Shown: one piece after another, positions 36,295 through 46,060 of the stretch | How the letters are laid out: each line of letters begins with the position of its first letter | Position numbering within the stretch: position 1 is the stretch's first letter | DNA from: a virus | Lineage: Duplodnaviria; Caudoviricetes | Direction: 5' to 3' (one strand) | Virus record (IMG/VR): IMGVR_UViG_3300020045_003609 | Coordinates: 1 to 57,765 of that record | DNA: 57,765 bases | Notes under the pieces: model-generated | Database searches by the model: none | Seen by the model: the letters and a program-made list of their open reading frames with translations, nothing else | What the model was told of the DNA's origin: nothing | Position numbers and translations under genes: made by a program

Positions 36295-39108
36295 ATGCAA
36301 AACAATAATTTAACTAGATTTGATGAAGGTGGAACTCACGAGCAAAATCCGTTAGGTGGAATACCTCAAGGTGTAGCTCAAGACGGTTCACAAAATAGTG
36401 TTGAACAAGGTGAAACTAAAAGTGGTAATTTTATTTATTCAGATAGGATTACATTGGATTCAGGTAGAGTAAAACAATTTAATTTACCTGGATATGCTGC
36501 AAATAAATCTGTATCAGCAGCTTCTAAAGCTATTGAAGATAAATTTAAAGATAGAAATGATAAATATGCTAATGAAACTAAAAAAGCTTTATTAGATAGA
36601 CTAGCTAATGCTCAAGAGTCAGTTAAAGCTGAACAAGCTCAAACTCAACAAGCCATGCAAACTAATTCTCAACAAGCTCCAGAAGATATGATGCAAGGTC
36701 AAATCCCTGAAGGTATGGAAGAATTCGTTCAACCTCAGCAATCTCAACCTATAGCAGCTTATGGTGGTAATCAAATGAAATATTTTAATGGTGGATATAT
36801 GCAAGGTGATGCTAATTTAGATGGTACAGTCAACCCTTTAGATAAACCTGTAGATGGAGAGTCTACCACACCTAGTGCAGGTTCAATTGTTGGAGGAGTT
36901 GGTACAGCATTAGAATTAGGTCAAACCGCTTTTGGAAAAGCTTCACAAGATACATCTGGTACACAAGCATCTGATAGAGTAGGTGGAGTAGGAATGATAG
37001 GTGGTGCTGGACTTAAGGGAGCTGCTGCTGGAACAGCAATTATGCCAGGTATAGGTACAGCTATTGGAGCTGGTATTGGACTTTTAGCAGGAGGTTTGGG
37101 TTTAGGTAAAGCTAGAAAAGCTGAAGCTTTAAATACACAACGATTTGCTTTAAATACAAATAGAGGTTTATCTGATAATTATGCGGCTTATGGTGGTAAT
37201 TTAAACGTATACAAATATTCTGATGGTGGAATTATAAATCCACCTAATAAATCTTTGGATGTAAGAAAACCTGGTCAAGCTTTACAATTAAACAGTATGT
37301 ATAATTCTGATGAAAAAAATTATATTCCATATACTAAATCATTAGATGGTTTACAAAGTAAAAATTTGAATTCTGTTGAAAAAAACGCTACAACCAATTT
37401 TGTAAATTGGTATTCGGACCCTAAAACAAAAGCTAAAATTGAAAAAGCTGGATGGGATTCTTCTAGAACTACTGATATAATTGCTAAAGGTTTAAGAACA
37501 CCTATTAAACAATATAATGAGTCTGAAGTGCACAAAGTGCCTATGGGGAGTCAATCTAATGCTGAATATAGAAGTCCGTATACAATTAGACAAACTGGAG
37601 ATGACACGCATCCCAATTCAGGATATATAACATATCGTCAACAATCTACACCATCTCAAACTCAAAACGTTTTAGGTCATGAATTAACTCATGCTTCTGG
37701 ATTTGATAATATATTAGCACCTTCATTATATAGAGCTTTAGGTGAAAAGCTTCCTGAAAAAAATCATTCTGGTTTAAATTATATGAGTAGACCTGAAGAA
37801 GTGTATGGTAATTTTCATGAAATGAGACTTAATTTAGGATTAAAACCTGGTGAAAAAGTTGATATTGAATCTTTGAAAAGACGTGTTAAAGAAACTAATA
37901 TACCAAATAACTTTTGGCAAAACTTTAGTCAAAATCCACAAACTGGTCAAGAAGATGACGAACGAATTAATAAAATTGTAAAAGCTGTAAATACTGTAGC
38001 TCAAACAAATGGTGGTACAAATACATTAAATAAAAATTATGCAGCTTATGGTGGTAATTTAAATGTTAAACAATTTGCTGATGGCGGAGAGTTACCAACA
38101 TTTACAACACCTCAATTACAACAAACTATAGGTTTACAACCAGGAACATGGGGTCCAAAAAGTATAGCCGCTTTAAAAACATGGCAAAAGAGTAACGGTT
38201 TAGTTGCAGATGGTGTAGCTGGGCCAGCAACTTACAAACAAGCCGGTTTGATGGATGGTAATGGAAGATATCAATTTAAAAGACCTGACATAGCCGACAC
38301 TTCTAATGAAGTCATAACTACTCCTATTAATAGTATATCATCAGATGTTCCAACTCAAACATTGGCTGGTTTTGAAAAATATGCAGAAGGTAAATTACCT
38401 ACAACAACTAATCAAAAAATAAACAACGCATTAAAATATGTTGGTGAAAATGCGGGTGAAGCTTTGAGATATGCTCCTATAGCTGCTAACTTGCTTCAAA
38501 TGAAGAACTTAAAGAAACCTACAGGAGTTCAGTATCAAACTTTAGGTAATAGATATAAACCATCTTATGTTGATGAAACAACTGGTAGAAATATAGTTGA
38601 TGCTGAAGGTAATAATACTATAGCTGCAATAAGTCAATCTGGAGCATCACAAGGTGCTACACGTAATGCTATATTAGGAGCGGGCCTTAATAAGACTAAA
38701 GCTTTAAGTGATGTATATGCTAATGCTTCTGCTCAAAATAGAGCTCAAGATATGCAAGCTCAACAATTTAATTTAAATGTAGATCAATCTAATGTTGCTA
38801 CGGCTAATAAAGCTATTGATGAAATGAGAATGGATCAAGCAGCTTATGAAGGTGCTAAATCTAAAGGTATAGCTAATATAGGTAATGCTGTGGGTGCGAT
38901 AGGTAAAGAACAAGCTGATGCAAAATTAGCAAAGGCTTTAACTGGTTACACTCGTAAAGGTAATTATGTCTATGATGCAAAAGGTAATCCAGCCAGTGCT
39001 GAAATTACAGCTGCTTTTTTAAGAATGAACCAAGCTTCTACAAATGGTGTTGTAAATCCAACAACAGCGGCTTATGGTGGATATTTAAATACTAGAAAGA
39101 AAAAATAA
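36295..39108 (+). CDS. virion cargo/ejection protein 1: modular (Gly-zipper TM, zincin HExxH, peptidoglycan-binding domain)
   Basis: GGTHEQNP.GG N-terminus; GAGIGLLAGGLGLG; HELTH...E; WGPKS..ALK.WQ..NGL.ADGVAGPAT; AAYGG repeats. Confidence 0.78.
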   Translation: MQNNNLTRFDEGGTHEQNPLGGIPQGVAQDGSQNSVEQGETKSGNFIYSDRITLDSGRVKQFNLPGYAANKSVSAASKAIEDKFKDRNDKYANETKKALLDRLANAQESVKAEQAQTQQAMQTNSQQAPEDMMQGQIPEGMEEFVQPQQSQPIAAYGGNQMKYFNGGYMQGDANLDGTVNPLDKPVDGESTTPSAGSIVGGVGTALELGQTAFGKASQDTSGTQASDRVGGVGMIGGAGLKGAAAGTAIMPGIGTAIGAGIGLLAGGLGLGKARKAEALNTQRFALNTNRGLSDNYAAYGGNLNVYKYSDGGIINPPNKSLDVRKPGQALQLNSMYNSDEKNYIPYTKSLDGLQSKNLNSVEKNATTNFVNWYSDPKTKAKIEKAGWDSSRTTDIIAKGLRTPIKQYNESEVHKVPMGSQSNAEYRSPYTIRQTGDDTHPNSGYITYRQQSTPSQTQNVLGHELTHASGFDNILAPSLYRALGEKLPEKNHSGLNYMSRPEEVYGNFHEMRLNLGLKPGEKVDIESLKRRVKETNIPNNFWQNFSQNPQTGQEDDERINKIVKAVNTVAQTNGGTNTLNKNYAAYGGNLNVKQFADGGELPTFTTPQLQQTIGLQPGTWGPKSIAALKTWQKSNGLVADGVAGPATYKQAGLMDGNGRYQFKRPDIADTSNEVITTPINSISSDVPTQTLAGFEKYAEGKLPTTTNQKINNALKYVGENAGEALRYAPIAANLLQMKNLKKPTGVQYQTLGNRYKPSYVDETTGRNIVDAEGNNTIAAISQSGASQGATRNAILGAGLNKTKALSDVYANASAQNRAQDMQAQQFNLNVDQSNVATANKAIDEMRMDQAAYEGAKSKGIANIGNAVGAIGKEQADAKLAKALTGYTRKGNYVYDAKGNPASAEITAAFLRMNQASTNGVVNPTTAAYGGYLNTRKKK
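37177..38088 (+). repeat. 54-bp imperfect direct repeats (37177-37230, 38035-38088) flanking the zincin module
   Basis: 45/54 nt identical by manual alignment (first 29 nt 28/29); shorter copies at 36754-36771 and 39067-39081. Confidence 0.88.
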
Positions 39109-39110
39109 AT

Positions 39111-40925
39111 ATGAATAGATATAGCAATTTAGAATTAAGTACATATACACCTAGAAGTCTTCAAGAGACTTTAATGGTTCCAGTAATGCGACGACAACAA
39201 CATGATGCTGCTGCAAATCAATTAGATGCTAAAATTTCAGAGTTGGATAAAATTAATCCTTTAAGTCAACACTTTGAAGAAGCTCAGCGTCTTAAAAAAG
39301 AATTAAAATCTACAATTGAATCACAAGCTAATAGATTAGCAACAGAAGGTTTTAATACAAATACTACTAGTAATATTATGCAAACTAACAGAGGTGTAAG
39401 TGATATGTTTTCAGCAACTGGTAGAATTGGTAAAATTAATTCTGCTAAAGCTCAATATGATAAAGAAAAAGAAACTTATTTAGAAGATGCTGTTAAAACA
39501 TCTAAAATAGGTAGAGAACAAGCTTTAAAAAATTGGGAAAAGCATAGTAAAGATAATTATACTGGATATACAAATGATGGAAAAGACATATCTGTTATAA
39601 GTGGATTAGGTGCACCATCTTTTCAAGATTATGAAAAAGATAGAGCAGATTATCATAACTTGTTAGGTAAAACAACAAGTTCAGCTAAAGCTAGTGGATT
39701 TAAAATCGTACCATCTGGTTTAGCAACTGGAGAAATGATGATGGTTGACCAAAAAGGTAATAGAGTTACTTCAGATAACTTAAATCAACTTAATGCTGCA
39801 AAGTTAGGTATGATGAATAAATGGGTATCTGAAAATGGAGAAGGTCGTAGATGGGCTAATGCTGCTGGTTGGGATCCAACTTCTACAGCTAATCGTATAA
39901 ATTTAGACTTCGGTGCAATGAGAGAGCGTTCAGATGTAGATAATACCTATACTGATCATAGTGTAATAAGTGGAACTGGTAATAAAGCAGCTAAAACATC
40001 TGATGTTGAAACTCCTACTGGTACACCTTATGAAACTAAAGAGATTGGAGCTAAAGATTCTGATTATAATGATATTTTAAAAATTGGTTCAAAAAATAAT
40101 GGTTTTGAAAGAGCTGTTACATCTGGATCTACAGCTAGATTTGGTGAAGGTATAGTTACACCTCCTAAACACTTTACACATAATGATATTGCAGACCCAC
40201 TAATGAAAGCTAGATATTTAGCTACATTTGACAAATTATATAAATCTGGAAAAATTCAACATAAAGTTGATAACCCTTATTCTGCAAAATTAGTATTGGC
40301 TGAAATGAAAAAAGATGGACCTATTACATTAAGTTCTAATGTTATAAGAACAGACGCTGAATTAAATAATCTTGGTTTTGCTAACAAATTAGTAGCTAAA
40401 GACGCAAAAGGTAGAGATGCTCAAGTTGTTAGAGAACTTCAACAATCTTTACGTAAGCTAATAGATCCTGAAACGGGTAAACCTACTACCTACAATGAGA
40501 TGGTTAAAAAGGGTTATCAAATGGGTAAAACTCAATATTTTGGATATATGTCACCTCATAATTGGACAGAATCTAATTTTAAAAGTGGAGATATGGCACC
40601 TCATATTATTACTATATATGATAAAGATGGTAATGCATATCCTAGCCAAATGAGTAAAATAGCTGGTGATGAAACTCCTAAAGAAAAAAGAGCTGGTAAA
40701 GTACTTAATGAAACTTATAGAGCTGCTACTGTTTCTCCAAACTCAGAAGTTAAAATTAAATCAGATAGTCCAATATTTAAAGATGTAACTGTATCTTATA
40801 ATACTAGATCTAAAACTGGTCAACAAATTTCTGAACCGTATTGGACAGTTAATGTACCAGGTGAAGGTAAAAGAGATCTTACAGAAAGTGAATATATTAA
40901 ATTTATGAATATAAATATAGAATAA
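39111..40925 (+). CDS. virion cargo/ejection protein
   Basis: 604 aa, Cys-free, within the cargo block. Confidence 0.65.
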   Translation: MNRYSNLELSTYTPRSLQETLMVPVMRRQQHDAAANQLDAKISELDKINPLSQHFEEAQRLKKELKSTIESQANRLATEGFNTNTTSNIMQTNRGVSDMFSATGRIGKINSAKAQYDKEKETYLEDAVKTSKIGREQALKNWEKHSKDNYTGYTNDGKDISVISGLGAPSFQDYEKDRADYHNLLGKTTSSAKASGFKIVPSGLATGEMMMVDQKGNRVTSDNLNQLNAAKLGMMNKWVSENGEGRRWANAAGWDPTSTANRINLDFGAMRERSDVDNTYTDHSVISGTGNKAAKTSDVETPTGTPYETKEIGAKDSDYNDILKIGSKNNGFERAVTSGSTARFGEGIVTPPKHFTHNDIADPLMKARYLATFDKLYKSGKIQHKVDNPYSAKLVLAEMKKDGPITLSSNVIRTDAELNNLGFANKLVAKDAKGRDAQVVRELQQSLRKLIDPETGKPTTYNEMVKKGYQMGKTQYFGYMSPHNWTESNFKSGDMAPHIITIYDKDGNAYPSQMSKIAGDETPKEKRAGKVLNETYRAATVSPNSEVKIKSDSPIFKDVTVSYNTRSKTGQQISEPYWTVNVPGEGKRDLTESEYIKFMNINIE

Positions 40926-40926
40926 A

Positions 40927-43900
40927 ATGGACGAAGAAGAATTAGGATTAAAAGATAAAAAAGCTGGTTCAGATAGTCTATTTAAAAAATATGATGATGT
41001 TAATTCTGGTAAAGTAAAACTTACTGGTAAAGCATCTTTATCTAACCAAATGACTTCTACATATAGAGGTCAAAATACAGGTTTAGGTAAATCTAAATAT
41101 GATAAAAATATTGTATGGGATGCAGATGTCAATCCAGATGATATTCAAGGCTCTATTAATGAACATCGATATAATGAACAGTCTGGAGGAACTCAGTTAT
41201 TAGCTGGAGTTGGTAGAGCTGCTACTAAAGCTTTAGTTGAAGTTGCTAAACTTCCAGGTGTGGTTGCAGGAATAGCTGCATCTCCATTTGTGCCAGATGG
41301 TCAAGGGTATGATATGGCTTTTAATAATCAATGGGTAAAAGCTTTTGATAATATTAATGAAGATATAAAAACTGAGTTTTTACCAGTATATGTTGGTAAA
41401 GCTATTAAAGAAGGTAATCTTTGGGATAATGTAACTTCTACTTCATTTTGGGCAACAGATGGTGCTGATGGATTAGGTTATATGGCTGGAATGATGGCTC
41501 CTGGAATGGCATTTAATTATTTGGGATTAGGTTCAAAATTATTAGGTGGAGCTAGACGAGCTGCTCAAATGGCTGGAATGTCTCAAAAAACTGAAACTGC
41601 TGTAAATGTACTTAAAAGTTTAGGTATGACAGGAAAAGCAATTGATATAGGTCTTGGAGCAACTGCTAATACTGTAATGGAATCAGGAGCTGAAGCTGCT
41701 GGAGTCGGTAACGATATGGATAGTAAAAAAGATCAATATCTTAGAGATTATTCACTTAGATTACAAAATAAACAATTAGCTATTGATAAACGTAGGCAAA
41801 ATGGTGAAATAACCATGGAAGAAGCTAATAGACTTTCTGCTGAAAATATGAAAGTTACTGGTGAAGAATCTTTTGCTGAACAAAGAGCTTTAGCTATGAG
41901 AGATACTTTCAAAGCCAATTTAGCTATACTTATTGTTCCCAATCTATTAATGTCAAAAGCTTTATTTGGTAAACCTGTTGAAAAACTAGTACATCAAGTT
42001 GAAAAAACTGGTATGAAAGCTATAGCTGAACGTGCTGGTAATTCACTTGGAAGATATGGTAAAGCTTTTGCAAGTGAAGGTTTTTTAGAAGAAGGTGGTC
42101 AATCTACAGCTCAAACTATGTTTACTAATAAAGCTATGAAAGGTGAACTTAAAAAAGGTTCAAATTCATATACTGATTTTGTAACAGGTGGTTTATCAGA
42201 TTTTACAATAGGTGATGCTACTAGAGAATATGTAGATATGATATCTTCAAATGAAGGTCATAAAGCTGTATTTTTAGGAGGTATGATTGGTGGACCTATG
42301 ATGTCTTATCAAGGTCGTAAAGAAGACGTAGCTAATCGTAAATCTACCAATTCTATATTAGAAGGTTTAGATGCTGGTATTATGAATTATAATACCATAA
42401 TGGAAAACGATATATATAAAACTGATGATAATGGTGGCTATATATATAAAAAAGATGCAGACGGTAATGAAACTCATGAGCGTGAAATAGATCCAGTTAA
42501 TGCTATCAAAGTTATGAGAGCGTTAAACTATAAAGAAGCTGAATCTAAAGAATTAGAAACCGCTATTAATGAAGGTAACCAACAAGTAGTTGATATTATT
42601 AAACAGCGTGCAATATTTGATTTAATAGCACCTTCTATACAGAATGGTGAAGCTGGTATTGAAGCTTTAAAAGCTAAATTAAATGAATCTACACAATTCC
42701 AAGAAATAATGGAACGTGATTCAAACCCTAAAACAGCTAATGAAAGTAAAGAGTTTGTTAAAAATACTTTAGAAGAAGCTATTCATATTCAAAAGCAAAA
42801 TGAAAAATTTAAAGATTTTGCAAGTGATCTTATCAAATTAGATCATCCTACTGCAACTCCTGCTCAAAAAGAGGCTTACATAGATACTTTAAATACTAGA
42901 TATTTACAAGTGAAACATGAACAGTATAATTCTGAAAAGCAACTAGCTAAGTTACAAGAAAAGCGTCTAAAATTATATGACGAATTAGATATAGACCCAG
43001 ATTATGACATATTTAGTGAATTTCCAATGGCTAAAATGAAAACGGGAACTATTACTGACGCTGATATGGAAGCTAGAGCTAAATCTACTAGAGATGCTCT
43101 TACTAATAATGGATTAGTTAGAGAAGTTGAAGCTGAAATATCTTTCTTAAAAGATGCTATTGCTAAAAATAAATCTGATATTAATGGAGTTTGGTCAGGA
43201 GCTAATGGTATTACTAAATCTTTTAATACATATGTTGAAAATGATGCCATATTAGGTAATATGACTAACCAAGAGAATATTAGAAAGTCACAAGAGATGA
43301 TTGAAAGATTATCAATTGTTAAAACTCAAAATGAATTAGACGCTTTATTAAGAGAATTATCTAAAAATGATACAGAAGAGCTTGTTTTATCTGAAAATCC
43401 GATTATACAAGAAGAAATAGCTAAGAAAGAAGCTGAATTAGCAGCTCTTGCTGAAAAAGAAGCTCAAGAAGCTCTTGAAAAAAAGATTGCTGATGAAATT
43501 GATGAACCAGGCGATGGTGTAGAAACAGACGCTCCAGTAGGTGTACCATCACCTTTAGATCCAGAAAGTGAATCTATTCAATCAGATAAAATTATTGAAG
43601 TTATTGAGAATGAAGATGATATTACAATAAATGAAGATGAAGCTATTCCAGTAGTAGAAGTTGATGTACCTAATGCTGCTCATGGGTCAGCTAGATTAAT
43701 ATCTACAAATAGGGAAACTGGTAAAGCATTGGTTCCAACATTACAATCATTTGTAGATTTTGAAAGAGTACCTCGTGATAAAACTAAAGATAAAGTTTCA
43801 TTTACACTAGGTAATATATATCCTAAAGGTAAAGAGATGTCTATTAAAGAAGCTATGGCGAAAGTTAAAGATGGTAAAACTCTTTCTAAAGAAGAATTAT

Positions 43901-46011
43901 TATTATTAGAAGATTTTCTACCAATATCATCTATAATAAGTGAGGGTGAAAATAAAGGTGTATCATTTTTAGATAGCATGGCTCATCCAAATCCTATAGT
44001 AGTTAAAACTAATACTTTACCGCTTCGTAAAGCTATTGTAAAAGCTCTTATTGATAACAAAGGAAGTTTTGAAGGTATAACTGGTAGGGTACAAAAACAA
44101 GAACCTGGATGGCTTAAAGTTGAAGAACGAGAAGATAATACACCTGTTGCTAAAAATAATATTTTAGAATTAGATGTATTTACAGACATGTCTGAATCTG
44201 ATAAAATTAAATATTTTCAAAAGAATTCAGCATATGTTGATTTCTTTGGAGCATTAAGACATACTGTTAACAACAAGTTAATAGATGCTGAATTTGGTCC
44301 AAAAATGCAAGGTGAAGTATTCTTAAATATACCTAAAGCAAATGGTGAAAAGTTTTGGTTAAAGTTAAATGTTAATCAAATATCAGATGTACAAGCTAAT
44401 GATCTATTTAATTTAATGGTGTTAAAATTTGAACATTTTAATAAAACTAAATCTTCAACTATTACATTAGACGAATTAAATGATATTATTGATACACCAG
44501 GTTTAAAATCTGAATTAAATAATATACTTAGACATAGTAAAAATAATACTGATAAAACAGTTAATACATTAATTGATTTATTAATATATAATGGGAATAG
44601 TAATACTAGAACTGCATTTGGATTATATTTTAAAAATGAAAGTGTAATTGGTAATAATGGTGAAAAGTATAAAGGTAGAAGTGGTGTTAGAGTTGGTTCA
44701 TTATATAATAAATTATCTGGTGGAGATATATTTTTAACTACTATTAATGCTAGTGATATAATCGCAGATCGTGAAGCTTTTAGAGAAAATTTTAAACAAT
44801 TTTTTAAATATAAACGTCATAATGTATTAATTAAACATGGTACATTTAACTTTACTAAACCTGATTATATTAAATATTTGTTAGATCCAACTAATCCTAT
44901 ATTATCAACTAATGCTGTAGTTAATGAACCTACATTTCAAGGTTTTGCTAACATATATTTAAGTCATGATGTTAAAAATGATAGTATACCATTTACACCA
45001 ACTATATCTTTACCAACTGCACCTGTAAAAACTACTATTATACCAGTAAGTGATAAGTTAGTTACTACCGAGAATGAAATCTTAGATGAATATGTTAATA
45101 ATGTTGAAAGTAGACCTGACAATATCCTATTAATAAGTGAACAATCGGGTATTGATAAATATAAAGTAATCAGTGCTGCTAAAAACGCTTCAGAATTATC
45201 AGATAATGTAAATGATACTTTTGGAACAATATTGCAATCCGTAAAAGTTCGAACTTTAAATAATTTAACATCTGGTGAAAAAAGAAGGATTACATTATAT
45301 GATATTGAATTAGCTAAATTAAATAAAGATAAAACTGAAATTAAATTAGTGGAAATTAAACAAGATTCGATATCTGTTAGTAAACAAGATCTTTATGAGG
45401 AAAGAGAACTTTTAAAAGAAAAAATAGCTAATACACCTTTAGTAACTACAAGTATATACTCATCAGATGAAGTAACTAATGGTAATTTAGAAGAAATTAG
45501 AGAAATGCAAGTCAGGTTACGTAAATTAAATTCACTATTAATAGGTTATAAACCTGAAGGTGCAAGTTTAACTGAAGTTATTAAAGTTAAACCAGCTTCT
45601 TTAAAAATCCAGGTTATTAGTAAAGTTGAAGTAATAGATGAAGCTGATCAAACCGAACAGACGTTAAACGCTTTAAAGGCGGAATTAGAAGGTTTAAAAA
45701 AGTTTCATGCAGCAGGTATTAATAAAGCTGATAGAATTAAAGAAGTTGAATCTAAAATTTCTAAAATTAATAATGAAACTCAAGTTACAGCTGAAGTCAA
45801 AGATGTAATAACTCAAGTTAGTGAAGGTAACGTTGATGTAAATTATTTAGAGAATTTAAAAGATAATGATAAACCTAAATTAATGAAAGTTATGAAATAC
45901 TTTATGAAAGAAGGTATATTAACAGCTGCTGATATGAAATCTAGTATGAGTGAAATTGCAAATAAAATTGGATTTAGTACAGTAGCAGATCTTGAAAAAA
46001 ATTGCAAATAA
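40927..46011 (+). CDS. large virion cargo/ejection protein (upstream RNAP partner)
   Basis: 1694 aa; Gly/Ala-rich membrane-like N-terminal segments, SEG.LEEGGQ, FLGGMIGG; single Cys at residue 1693. Confidence 0.72.
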   Translation: MDEEELGLKDKKAGSDSLFKKYDDVNSGKVKLTGKASLSNQMTSTYRGQNTGLGKSKYDKNIVWDADVNPDDIQGSINEHRYNEQSGGTQLLAGVGRAATKALVEVAKLPGVVAGIAASPFVPDGQGYDMAFNNQWVKAFDNINEDIKTEFLPVYVGKAIKEGNLWDNVTSTSFWATDGADGLGYMAGMMAPGMAFNYLGLGSKLLGGARRAAQMAGMSQKTETAVNVLKSLGMTGKAIDIGLGATANTVMESGAEAAGVGNDMDSKKDQYLRDYSLRLQNKQLAIDKRRQNGEITMEEANRLSAENMKVTGEESFAEQRALAMRDTFKANLAILIVPNLLMSKALFGKPVEKLVHQVEKTGMKAIAERAGNSLGRYGKAFASEGFLEEGGQSTAQTMFTNKAMKGELKKGSNSYTDFVTGGLSDFTIGDATREYVDMISSNEGHKAVFLGGMIGGPMMSYQGRKEDVANRKSTNSILEGLDAGIMNYNTIMENDIYKTDDNGGYIYKKDADGNETHEREIDPVNAIKVMRALNYKEAESKELETAINEGNQQVVDIIKQRAIFDLIAPSIQNGEAGIEALKAKLNESTQFQEIMERDSNPKTANESKEFVKNTLEEAIHIQKQNEKFKDFASDLIKLDHPTATPAQKEAYIDTLNTRYLQVKHEQYNSEKQLAKLQEKRLKLYDELDIDPDYDIFSEFPMAKMKTGTITDADMEARAKSTRDALTNNGLVREVEAEISFLKDAIAKNKSDINGVWSGANGITKSFNTYVENDAILGNMTNQENIRKSQEMIERLSIVKTQNELDALLRELSKNDTEELVLSENPIIQEEIAKKEAELAALAEKEAQEALEKKIADEIDEPGDGVETDAPVGVPSPLDPESESIQSDKIIEVIENEDDITINEDEAIPVVEVDVPNAAHGSARLISTNRETGKALVPTLQSFVDFERVPRDKTKDKVSFTLGNIYPKGKEMSIKEAMAKVKDGKTLSKEELLLLEDFLPISSIISEGENKGVSFLDSMAHPNPIVVKTNTLPLRKAIVKALIDNKGSFEGITGRVQKQEPGWLKVEEREDNTPVAKNNILELDVFTDMSESDKIKYFQKNSAYVDFFGALRHTVNNKLIDAEFGPKMQGEVFLNIPKANGEKFWLKLNVNQISDVQANDLFNLMVLKFEHFNKTKSSTITLDELNDIIDTPGLKSELNNILRHSKNNTDKTVNTLIDLLIYNGNSNTRTAFGLYFKNESVIGNNGEKYKGRSGVRVGSLYNKLSGGDIFLTTINASDIIADREAFRENFKQFFKYKRHNVLIKHGTFNFTKPDYIKYLLDPTNPILSTNAVVNEPTFQGFANIYLSHDVKNDSIPFTPTISLPTAPVKTTIIPVSDKLVTTENEILDEYVNNVESRPDNILLISEQSGIDKYKVISAAKNASELSDNVNDTFGTILQSVKVRTLNNLTSGEKRRITLYDIELAKLNKDKTEIKLVEIKQDSISVSKQDLYEERELLKEKIANTPLVTTSIYSSDEVTNGNLEEIREMQVRLRKLNSLLIGYKPEGASLTEVIKVKPASLKIQVISKVEVIDEADQTEQTLNALKAELEGLKKFHAAGINKADRIKEVESKISKINNETQVTAEVKDVITQVSEGNVDVNYLENLKDNDKPKLMKVMKYFMKEGILTAADMKSSMSEIANKIGFSTVADLEKNCK

Positions 46012-46014
46012 AAT

Positions 46015-46045
46015 TAGGATATGTGGAAATAATTCACTATCTTTG
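46015..46045 (+). promoter_or_regulatory. Promoter of the virion RNAP gene (TAGGATAT / TATCTTTG)
   Basis: Same bipartite motif, 23-nt offset. Confidence 0.82.
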
Positions 46046-46060
46046 TAAAAAAAATAACAT

